Positions 56,137-64,000 of a DNA stretch of 64,000 bases are shown here, piece after piece (position 1 is the first letter of the stretch; each line of letters begins with the position of its first letter). Both the position numbers and the translations under genes were made by a program. This DNA is from Shigella phage SP18, in the sequence record GQ981382; one strand, 5' to 3'. The notes beneath the pieces were generated by a model. The model searched no databases, had not been told where the DNA came from, and worked only from the letters and a program-made list of their open reading frames with translations.

Positions 56137-56801
56137 TGACTACGTTGACAAATAAAAAGGCGAGTGTAATATCTCGCCATGCTGGTTACCTCCAGTTTGA
56201 TTATACCACTACCGATTCCACTGCTGTAGCGGGTAACCGCTATATCGGTGGTCCATCTGCTAACCAGACAAATGACGGTGTATTCTATCCGACAGTCCAG
56301 AGCGCAATTGATGATATTGCATTTCGTGCAGAACTTCCTGTCGGGTCGATAATTACTCGTCATGAGAATACTGCTCCTGGATTTATTAGTCAGTCAGATA
56401 AGATTAAGTTCACCGGGTCTATTTCTGGCGAAAACCTTGGCGAAACGGTTCTTATTAAAGTATTCGGTTTCCCGGTAGAAGTTATTGTCGGTGACTCGAG
56501 CGTGCTGGTTGCATCGAAAGTCAATGACGTTCTTTTGACTGCAATTTCACAGGGAATGATTATTTCTGCGACTGCTATCGATGCACTGGACCAGTCTATA
56601 TTAAATATTACATATAACGACTATCAGAATCACATCTTTGCTCCCATGACTCAATATGGTTGTGTTATGGAACAAACTATTGTTCAACAACCACGTGCCG
56701 GGTATGGGCAATGGGAATATCTTGGTTTACAAGATGTAACATTGCAAGGCGGTTCGGTTAATGGTCCAACATCTCTTTACTACTATAAGCGAGTCTACTA
56801 A
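56136..56801 (+). CDS. 11: Baseplate wedge protein gp11
   Basis: From ATG 56136 (TAATG overlap with gene 10): KASVISR, ITYNDYQNHI, PRAGYGQWEYLG resemble recalled T4 gp11. Confidence 0.88.
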   Translation: MTTLTNKKASVISRHAGYLQFDYTTTDSTAVAGNRYIGGPSANQTNDGVFYPTVQSAIDDIAFRAELPVGSIITRHENTAPGFISQSDKIKFTGSISGENLGETVLIKVFGFPVEVIVGDSSVLVASKVNDVLLTAISQGMIISATAIDALDQSILNITYNDYQNHIFAPMTQYGCVMEQTIVQQPRAGYGQWEYLGLQDVTLQGGSVNGPTSLYYYKRVY

Positions 56802-58333
56802 TGACAACGACTAACACGCTAAAACATATTAGCGATAAATCCGAATATAAAACATTTGACCCGGTGGGAACTTCATTTCCTCCGTCGGTAACAAATGTTC
56901 AGGAAGCATTGGGAGCTTTGGCTCCTATTGCTATTGATGGATTTATCCCAGAATCTACGGTTGCAGTACCAGGTATTATTCGCCTGGCGACCGAACAAGA
57001 AGTTATTGATGGCATAGGCAATAACACTGCGGTAACCCCCGAAACTCTTAAAGCTCGTTTGAATATTCCAACTCAGGCCACAGAGACTGTTGTCGGAATT
57101 ACCCGTTACGCAACCGATGTAGAAGCTATTGATGGCACAGTAACCGATGCAGCTATTGTCCCATCAAGTCTTAAAGCTTCTATTGATAATACATTTAATA
57201 CCCGCACTTCTACAGAAGACCGTAATGGTGTAATTAAGATTTCGACTCAAGCCGCTGCTCTGGCAGGAACAGATGATACAACGGCAATGACTCCTTTGAA
57301 GGTTTCATTGGCCATCGGTGCAGCAACTGCAGCTCTTCCAACTTATAGCACAGCAACAACCACTGTACAGGGGATTGTTAAAATTGCAACCCCAGCCGAG
57401 GTTCAAGCCGGTGCAATGAATAACGGTGTGGCAGTTTCTCCACTTGGACTTATTTCATTGACTGCAAATGCCTCTCGCAGAGGGTTGGTCCAATTGGCTT
57501 CCAGTGCTGAAGCAATTACAGGTACGGATGCAACAAAAGCAATTACCCCACAAGCTCTTCAGGCAAAAACTGGTAATACCGGACGACTTGGTATTGTCAA
57601 ACTGACAACTACCGTTGGTTCAGGGGATGGTAACACTGCTCTTGCATATAATGCAAACGTAATTTCAACCACTGGTGGTACAATTACTGGAACTCTTAAC
57701 GTCAACGGAACTTTACGTAGAAATGGCCAGGACGTTGTAACCCGCAATGAAATTAAAGATGATGTTCCAATCGGAACTATTATTATGTGGGGTGGACAGA
57801 CAGGAAATATTCCTTCTGGTTGGGAAATTTGTGACGGTGGTAATGTCGGTGATGCTGGTTTCCGAAATGTCGTTGGTAGTAAATGGGGCGCAACTGGTAA
57901 TAAGCCAGATTTTCGTGGATTATTCCCTCGCGGTTCCAATAGCTCTAACGATGGCGCTATGAAGGAATGGGAAACAAACATTAATATAAGAAACGCCAAG
58001 GGAAATGATTCCAAACAAAAACCTAAATTGGGTCAAGGTGTTGGTTCATATGGCCATGGTACAGTGCAGGCACAACAACTCCGTTTCCACAAGCACGCAG
58101 GTGGGTTTGGTGAATTTTCTGATGACGGCTCTTTTGGTAATAGCATACGTTCTAATTTTGTAGGGACTAGCAAAAAAATAGACTGGGATAACCGCTCATA
58201 TTATACCAACGAGGGATATGAAATAGATGGTAATAATCGCACCCCTAAAAGTACATTAAACAGCGAAGGTCTGATAGGTAATGAAAGCCGCCCATGGTCC
58301 ATGTCCATTCTTTTTATTATTAAGGTCAGATAA
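56801..58333 (+). CDS. 12: Short tail fibre protein gp12
   Basis: 510 aa; KTFDPVGTSFPP, IRLATEQEVIDG, GVIKISTQAAALAGTDDTTAMTPLK, QQLRFHKHAGGFGEF, NESRPWSMSILFIIKVR match recalled T4 gp12. Confidence 0.93.
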   Translation: MTTTNTLKHISDKSEYKTFDPVGTSFPPSVTNVQEALGALAPIAIDGFIPESTVAVPGIIRLATEQEVIDGIGNNTAVTPETLKARLNIPTQATETVVGITRYATDVEAIDGTVTDAAIVPSSLKASIDNTFNTRTSTEDRNGVIKISTQAAALAGTDDTTAMTPLKVSLAIGAATAALPTYSTATTTVQGIVKIATPAEVQAGAMNNGVAVSPLGLISLTANASRRGLVQLASSAEAITGTDATKAITPQALQAKTGNTGRLGIVKLTTTVGSGDGNTALAYNANVISTTGGTITGTLNVNGTLRRNGQDVVTRNEIKDDVPIGTIIMWGGQTGNIPSGWEICDGGNVGDAGFRNVVGSKWGATGNKPDFRGLFPRGSNSSNDGAMKEWETNINIRNAKGNDSKQKPKLGQGVGSYGHGTVQAQQLRFHKHAGGFGEFSDDGSFGNSIRSNFVGTSKKIDWDNRSYYTNEGYEIDGNNRTPKSTLNSEGLIGNESRPWSMSILFIIKVR

Positions 58334-58342
58334 GGAATAAAA

Positions 58343-59920
58343 ATGATTAACAAATTAGAATTAGCGAATCTTCCGTTTGTCGATGGTGTACCAGAAGCTG
58401 ACCAGAAACGAATTGAATGGATTCGCAATGGTGATTGCTTAACTGCAGCCACTACCAAATATGGGCACGATGGTGCCCTTAACGCCGCAGCTTTTGGCGT
58501 ACAGACCAACGTTGAAACTCTGGAAAAGAATGACACAACCACTAAGGACAAAGTAAACGAAATTGTCGATAGTGTTAACCAGATTAAAGAAGCTCTGGAT
58601 ATTTCCACTGATGCAAGCGTTATCCAACAGATTGAAACCAACCGTCTTAATATTGTAAGTCTCCAGACGGGTTTAGCCGAAACTGATATTGCTTTACTTG
58701 ATACCAGCACAAATCTCGGTGAATTACAGGAAGATGTTGGTTATTATAACCCACTGGAAGATGGACCATATTTGACCGTTCGTGCTAATATTAACCGTAT
58801 TAAGCATGAAATGGGCCATTATGCAAACCAAGATATCAATGGTGACCCATTGCCTGAAGGCGAAACTAATGATGCCACCGGGATGAAACGTATTATCATC
58901 GATAACAGTACAGCAATTGCAACTACGCAACGTCGTCTTACTATTCTCGAGGAAAATTACAATGATTCTGATGTAGGTGGGCTCACGATTAAATTAAATG
59001 AGATACGCGAAGAATTAGGTCCGCGTACAGAAGGTATTGGTAAATCTCCTGTTTATACTCGTTTAACTGCAGTCGAAGCTAAAGCCGGAACTAATGAAAC
59101 TGATATAGGGAATATCAAAACCGCAATTGGTTTTGGCCAAGGTCAAAGTATCGCAAACCGTGTCGGGACTCTGGAAACCAAGGCAACAAATTTAGAAAAT
59201 ACCACTTCTGGTATGAATACAAGATTGTCGAAAGTTGAAACAGATATTGGTACTGATGCCGAACCGACTTCCATTAATGGTCGTCTAAAAACGTTGCGTG
59301 ATGACATGACAGGTGTTCGTGTTGTTATCGGGGAAAATACAAGCAGTGGTTTACAGGGACAAGTTGTTGCCCTTAACGTTGCAGTAGGTATTAGTGATAG
59401 CCCGGCACCGACTTCCTTAATTCCTCGTATGCGTGAAGTCGAAACTTCTAGTCGTGCGAACGCTGCAGCTATTCAGGATATTCAGGCTGAAATCGGTAAC
59501 AATCAGTCAGGCATCAAAGGTTCTATCCTGACTATTAAATCACAAATCGATGGGACCAACCCAAACGGTTCGACTGTTGCTGAAAAAGGTATTCTCCCGA
59601 CTGTTGAAGGTCTGGTCAATGAAATGCTGACTAAGCTCAGTGATGCACCATCTGATACGAAGATTTACGGTCGCCAAGACGGTGCTTGGGCCGAAATCGT
59701 TGGTGGTGATATTCCTGCTCTAGTATCACGTGTGGATGGTATCGAATCGCGCACCAGTGGAGCCGAGATACTGATAACTGAACTTGAAGGTAAAGTATCA
59801 GCCTTAGAAACAGAGCTCGCCAAAAGGCCTCCTGTCGCTCCTACGACTGACGGACTTCCTTATGTGCTCGTTGATAATGCATGGGTTCCTTTGTCGACAT
59901 TCGTGACTGTTGGACCATAA
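58343..59920 (+). CDS. wac: Fibritin (whisker protein) wac
   Basis: 525 aa; N-terminal LANLPFVDGVPEADQKRIEWIRNG; GENTSSGL, IQAEIGNNQSGIKG; C-terminal foldon-like YVLVDNAWVPLSTF. Confidence 0.9.
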   Translation: MINKLELANLPFVDGVPEADQKRIEWIRNGDCLTAATTKYGHDGALNAAAFGVQTNVETLEKNDTTTKDKVNEIVDSVNQIKEALDISTDASVIQQIETNRLNIVSLQTGLAETDIALLDTSTNLGELQEDVGYYNPLEDGPYLTVRANINRIKHEMGHYANQDINGDPLPEGETNDATGMKRIIIDNSTAIATTQRRLTILEENYNDSDVGGLTIKLNEIREELGPRTEGIGKSPVYTRLTAVEAKAGTNETDIGNIKTAIGFGQGQSIANRVGTLETKATNLENTTSGMNTRLSKVETDIGTDAEPTSINGRLKTLRDDMTGVRVVIGENTSSGLQGQVVALNVAVGISDSPAPTSLIPRMREVETSSRANAAAIQDIQAEIGNNQSGIKGSILTIKSQIDGTNPNGSTVAEKGILPTVEGLVNEMLTKLSDAPSDTKIYGRQDGAWAEIVGGDIPALVSRVDGIESRTSGAEILITELEGKVSALETELAKRPPVAPTTDGLPYVLVDNAWVPLSTFVTVGP

Positions 59921-59924
59921 CAAA

Positions 59925-59945
59925 AGGGCTTCGGCCCTTTTTTCG
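59925..59945 (+). terminator. Rho-independent terminator
   Basis: agggc-ttcg-gccct followed by ttttt. Confidence 0.65.
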
Positions 59946-59953
59946 TATAAATA
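59946..59953 (+). promoter_or_regulatory. T4-type late promoter TATAAATA upstream of gene 13
   Basis: tataaata then AAGAGG and ATG 59972. Confidence 0.65.
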
Positions 59954-59971
59954 CAGTAAAGAGGAAAACAT

Positions 59972-60910
59972 ATGGCAACTGAATCATACAACCCGAAACA
60001 ATTAAAAGATGCAATCCTTCGTCGTCTTGGTGCTCCAATCACGAATATCGAAGTTACGACCGAACAGGTTTATGATTGTATCCAGCGCGCATTAGAATTA
60101 TATGGCGAATATCATTATAATGGCTATAACAAAGGTTATCAGGCTTTTTATATCGGTCATGATGAAGTTTCACAACAGAAATTCCGTGATGGTGTTTTCG
60201 ATTTAAAAGGTCGTAATATTTTTGCAGTAACGCAGATTATTCGTACTAACGTCGGTTCATTAACTTCGATGGATGGTCAAGCAACATATCCATGGTTCAC
60301 AGATTTCGTTCTGGGGCTGGCTGGTATTAATGGTGGAATGGGTAGTTCGTGTAATAGTTTTGGTCCAAATGCTTTTGGGGCAGACCTTGGTTATTTTACA
60401 CAGCTTATGCAATATCGTTCGATGATGCAAGACCTGATGGTTCCACTTCCAGATTACTGGTATAATGACGATACGGAACAACTTAAAATTATGGGCAACT
60501 TCCGTCAGGGAGATGTTATTGTAATTGAAGTTTACACCAAATCCTTTAATGGTGTTGATGCAATGGCCAGCAATACTGCGGGTTACGGTTATGCTTCTGG
60601 TGATTGTTCAAATCCATGGAATGCTGGTGCACAGTGGGATAACCCTGCACGCAGAATAAGCGGTATGAGAGCCGGTGAGGACTTCGGACTTCAAGATGGC
60701 GCATACAACAACCGTTGGGTGAAAGACTATGCCACGGCACTCGTTAAGGAAGTTAACGGCAACGTATTGGCTAAACACCAGGGAATGATGATGCCAGGTG
60801 GTGTCACAGTTGATGGTGTCCGTTTAATCGAAGAAGCTCGCATGGAAAAAGAACGTCTTCGCGAAGAACTTGACCTGCTGGATGCACCGGCTGGAATACT
60901 AATTGGGTGA
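59972..60910 (+). CDS. 13: Neck protein gp13
   Basis: 312 aa; synteny wac-13-14. Confidence 0.85.
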   Translation: MATESYNPKQLKDAILRRLGAPITNIEVTTEQVYDCIQRALELYGEYHYNGYNKGYQAFYIGHDEVSQQKFRDGVFDLKGRNIFAVTQIIRTNVGSLTSMDGQATYPWFTDFVLGLAGINGGMGSSCNSFGPNAFGADLGYFTQLMQYRSMMQDLMVPLPDYWYNDDTEQLKIMGNFRQGDVIVIEVYTKSFNGVDAMASNTAGYGYASGDCSNPWNAGAQWDNPARRISGMRAGEDFGLQDGAYNNRWVKDYATALVKEVNGNVLAKHQGMMMPGGVTVDGVRLIEEARMEKERLREELDLLDAPAGILIG

Positions 60911-60913
60911 TTA

Positions 60914-61549
60914 ATGACTACATACTATAGACTTTATGTATCAACATTTGAAACATCTAATGGGATAATGGTATATGGCGGTAAACGCCATTCACATTAT
61001 GAAGATTCTAAAGCGGATAGTTATTTCGGTTCTGGTACTATTGTCAAGCGAGCTAAACAAAAATACGGAAGGAAATGTTTAGTCGACATTACATGGTCTA
61101 AACCTTTTGAATCGCCTGCTCTATTAAAAGAAGCCGAAGCCTTACTAGTCAGTGAGCTTTTAGAAAGTTTCGATAATTGTGCAAATTTACATCCAACAGG
61201 GGGAGGTGGACCAGAAGGTTATAGTTGTCCAGAAGATTCCCCTGCCTTTGGTAAAAAGAGAACAGCAGAATCAAGAAAACGAATGTCAGACGCAGCAAAA
61301 CAAAGGGAATGGTCAGAAGAAGGATTAAAACGTCGTAAAGAATCAACAGCTCGAATGTGGATTGATTTTAAGGACAGACATCCAGATTTTTCTGATGATA
61401 AAAATCCGGCCGCGCGTAAAATTATTACCGGCGACCTAGAATTTTGTACCGGAAGAAAATGTGCAGAATATTATTCGATAACACCGGCGACGGTCATTTA
61501 CAGATGTAAAAGTACAGCCGAAAAATGGAAATTATGGAATTATGCGTAA
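60914..61549 (+). CDS. Putative GIY-YIG homing endonuclease (Seg-like), free-standing between genes 13 and 14
   Basis: 211 aa; N-terminal YYRLYV...GIMVYGGKR...YFGSG...E-rich helix...N fits GIY-YIG spacing; basic repeats [33 protein letters not shown] resemble NUMOD3-type DNA-binding modules. Confidence 0.6.
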   Translation: MTTYYRLYVSTFETSNGIMVYGGKRHSHYEDSKADSYFGSGTIVKRAKQKYGRKCLVDITWSKPFESPALLKEAEALLVSELLESFDNCANLHPTGGGGPEGYSCPEDSPAFGKKRTAESRKRMSDAAKQREWSEEGLKRRKESTARMWIDFKDRHPDFSDDKNPAARKIITGDLEFCTGRKCAEYYSITPATVIYRCKSTAEKWKLWNYA

Positions 61550-62330
61550 TTCTTATGATGCAAGCTTATTCGCTCGGCTCGAAGATGGAACCGGGTATGA
61601 CAATACAAACTCGTCAGAGATACTCAACCAATATGTAAACTTTATGCATCATGAAAATACCCAGACTTTAGCAGATGCTATTGTTGCTGAAAGTATTCAG
61701 ATGCGCGGAATGTCTCTCTATTATATCCCAAGACAATTCGTTAAACCAGATTTGTTATTCGGTGAAGACCTCCAGAGTAAATTTGATAAAGCATGGAAAT
61801 TTGCTGGTTATCTGGATACGTTCGATGCTTATCAGGGTGATGGTTCTATCTTTAGTAAATGGGGTATGTCTGTGAACGATGAAATCACAATATCGATTAA
61901 CCCTAATCTGTTTAAACACCAATGCAATGGAACTGAACCTATTGCCGGGGATTTGATTTATTTCCCTCTTGATAACAGCCTGTTCGAGATAACCTGGGTG
62001 CAACCTTATGACCCGTTCTATCAGGTAGGTCAAAACGCCATTCGTAAAATAACTGCGAGCAAATACATTTACTCCGGGGAAGAGCTTAAACCTGAATTAC
62101 AACGAAATGAAGGTATTAATATTTCAGAATTCAGTGAGCTCGATTTGCAACCAATCCACAATATCGATGGCCTTACAGATATCAGCGATATCCCTTATGC
62201 AGAATCCGATGAGATTAACGCAGAAGCGGCTGAATATGTTAAACCATATTTTGTGCAGAACGGTCGTGGACTTGAGTCTCCTCCTAAGGCAAAACAGGAT
62301 AGCTTTGACGATAGTTTCTTTGACGAATAA
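61542..62330 (+). CDS. 14: Neck protein gp14
   Basis: 262 aa; synteny; start overlaps the endonuclease gene end. Confidence 0.85.
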   Translation: MRNSYDASLFARLEDGTGYDNTNSSEILNQYVNFMHHENTQTLADAIVAESIQMRGMSLYYIPRQFVKPDLLFGEDLQSKFDKAWKFAGYLDTFDAYQGDGSIFSKWGMSVNDEITISINPNLFKHQCNGTEPIAGDLIYFPLDNSLFEITWVQPYDPFYQVGQNAIRKITASKYIYSGEELKPELQRNEGINISEFSELDLQPIHNIDGLTDISDIPYAESDEINAEAAEYVKPYFVQNGRGLESPPKAKQDSFDDSFFDE

Positions 62331-62344
62331 ATACATTTATTAAT

Positions 62345-62361
62345 GCGCCCGAACTGGGCGC
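62345..62361 (+). other. Hairpin between genes 14 and 15
   Basis: gcgccc-gaact-gggcgc directly followed by GGAGG of gene 15. Confidence 0.35.
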
Positions 62362-62373
62362 CTGGAGGTTACT

Positions 62374-63249
62374 TTGTTTGGGCATTTTTATAATTCGTCT
62401 CTGCGTCGCTATATCGTTTTAATGGGCGATTTATTTTCCCATGTACAAGTGGCCAGAACCAGAGAAGACACTGGACTTAAATATATTAAGGTCCCTATTT
62501 CTTATGCGTCAAAAGAAAAATTCATGATGCAGCTTGGAAAATGGACCGCTATTCAGAATACACCGACTCCTGACATGTCGCCACAAGAACGTGCTGCTCA
62601 GAAGGCTAAAATCGAGACCGTATTGCCCCGTATGAACCTACATATGGTTGACTTGATGTATAACGGACAATATAAAACGGCTCTCCAGAATCACACACAG
62701 GCGCGATTTGCTAATAACGACCCTCGCAAGCAGATATCTCAATATTCTCCTGTGCCGGTCAAAATGATTTTCGAGCTTGGAATATATACAAGGCATCAAG
62801 ATGATATGTTCCAGATTATCGAACAAATCATGCCTTACTTCCAGCCACACTTTAATACAACCATCACCGAACTTTATACGAATGAAATTACGTTCGAACG
62901 TGATATAAGAATTGTATTGCAGTCCATAGCAATGGATGAGCAAATTGAAGGTGATGCAATGACTCGTCGTAGACTCGAATGGTCCATTATGTTCGAAGTT
63001 AACGGTTGGTTATATCCACCGGTCAAGGAAGTAGCCGGGGAAATCCGTACTATCTATCTTGACTTCTTTGCAAATTCCAGAGAGCTTGCACCGGAAGGTA
63101 ATTTCGAATCTGTTGACTCGGAAGCCGTTCCACGAGACGTCGACCAAGAAGACTGGCAAGGCGAATCTGTTCAAACCTATTCGCAGGATATTCCTGTACC
63201 GGTTGACCCAGCACCTCCAGCTCCAAGAAAAAATAGGGTACCATTATGA
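62374..63249 (+). CDS. 15: Tail sheath stabiliser / tail completion protein gp15 (apparent TTG start)
   Basis: [21 protein letters not shown]...[11 protein letters not shown]...[16 protein letters not shown] matches recalled T4 gp15; first codon TTG 5 nt after GGAGG; no in-frame ATG upstream. Confidence 0.88.
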   Translation: MFGHFYNSSLRRYIVLMGDLFSHVQVARTREDTGLKYIKVPISYASKEKFMMQLGKWTAIQNTPTPDMSPQERAAQKAKIETVLPRMNLHMVDLMYNGQYKTALQNHTQARFANNDPRKQISQYSPVPVKMIFELGIYTRHQDDMFQIIEQIMPYFQPHFNTTITELYTNEITFERDIRIVLQSIAMDEQIEGDAMTRRRLEWSIMFEVNGWLYPPVKEVAGEIRTIYLDFFANSRELAPEGNFESVDSEAVPRDVDQEDWQGESVQTYSQDIPVPVDPAPPAPRKNRVPL

Positions 63250-63737
63250 GTGAACTTGATATTAACAAATTGATGGATATAACAGACCTTCCCGGGATTG
63301 CCGGGGAGGAAGTTACTGCATACGAACCATTAGTATTAAAAGAAGTCGAAAGTAATCCAAATAACCGTACTCCAGACCTCGAGGACGACTATTCTGTTGT
63401 TCGTAAAAACTTACACTTCCAACAACAGATGTTGATGGATGCGGGTAAGATATTCCTTGAAGCAGCTAAGAATGCCGAATCACCGCGGCATATGGAAGTC
63501 TTTGCAACTCTTATGGGGCAAATGACTACCACGAACAAAGAGCTGTTAAAACTTCATAAAGAAATGAAAGAAATCACCGCTGAACAAATCGGCACAAAAG
63601 GTGGTGCACCATCACAGACAAATATTGAAAATGCAACTATTTTCATGGGGTCTCCTGCTGATTTGATGGATGAGGTTGGTGACTCATACGAAGCTCAGGA
63701 AAGACAAGAGAAAATAATTAATGGAACAGCCGGTTAA
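63246..63737 (+). CDS. 16: Terminase small subunit gp16
   Basis: 163 aa; [45 protein letters not shown] match recalled T4 gp16. Confidence 0.93.
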   Translation: MSELDINKLMDITDLPGIAGEEVTAYEPLVLKEVESNPNNRTPDLEDDYSVVRKNLHFQQQMLMDAGKIFLEAAKNAESPRHMEVFATLMGQMTTTNKELLKLHKEMKEITAEQIGTKGGAPSQTNIENATIFMGSPADLMDEVGDSYEAQERQEKIINGTAG

Positions 63738-64000
63738 CGTATTAAGCGACGACCATCCGCTGAATATAGGCGATAACATTGCAATCCGTCCTCCCGGTTC
63801 ATTGGAGACAAAAGTTGAGGACGGAATACACTGGATTAAATCGCAGTGGGATGGTAAGTGGTATCCGGAGAAGTTTGATGAATATCTTAAAATTAATAAA
63901 ATTGTAAAAATTCCATCGAACGCGGATAAGCCAGAATTATTTCAAACCTTTAAAGATAAGAATAACCCACGCACCCGTTATAATGCGTTTCCTAACCTGA
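63721..64000 (+). CDS. 17: Terminase large subunit gp17, N-terminal fragment (continues beyond window)
   Basis: [15 protein letters not shown]...[20 protein letters not shown]...KIVKIP...[14 protein letters not shown] matches recalled T4 gp17 N-terminus. Confidence 0.92.
   Translation, partial: MEQPVNVLSDDHPLNIGDNIAIRPPGSLETKVEDGIHWIKSQWDGKWYPEKFDEYLKINKIVKIPSNADKPELFQTFKDKNNPRTRYNAFPNL

Noticed and set aside
57559-58710. Minus-strand ORFs (57559-58014, 58201-58710) inside genes 12 and wac
   Set aside because: Antisense to well-supported structural genes; Pro/Ser-rich composition typical of shadow frames.

Overview
This window is a T4-like (Tevenvirinae-type) myovirus genome segment with the same gene order and strand layout as T4. 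Positions 1-42812 are a minus-strand array of early/middle genes: recombination nuclease 46/47, late sigma factor 55, anaerobic ribonucleotide reductase nrdG/nrdD, endonuclease VII (49), nrdC, rI, tk, a macro-domain protein, regB, denV, lysozyme e, nudE, a tRNA cluster, 57B/57A, and genes 1, 3, 2, 4. Interspersed are many small hypothetical ORFs typical of T4 hyperplastic regions. Positions 42861-64000 are plus-strand late genes: baseplate 53, 5, 6, 7, 8, 9, 10, 11, short tail fibre 12, fibritin wac, neck 13/14, 15, and terminase 16/17 (17 is truncated at the window end). The most notable observations are: seven paralogous internal-protein-like genes carrying the capsid-targeting N-terminus MKTYQEFI; five tandem small paralogs sharing a C-terminal W-x-SS-x-x-C tail; a 687-aa ORF occupying the gene 5 to gene 6 interval where T4 has 5.1-5.4; a GIY-YIG homing-endonuclease-like gene between 13 and 14; a repeated promoter-plus-hairpin cassette upstream of many early genes; and two apparent +/-1 frameshifts at A5 runs, one of them in baseplate gene 10. 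Starts of hypothetical ORFs are taken from the ORF track and are approximate; no database search was possible.
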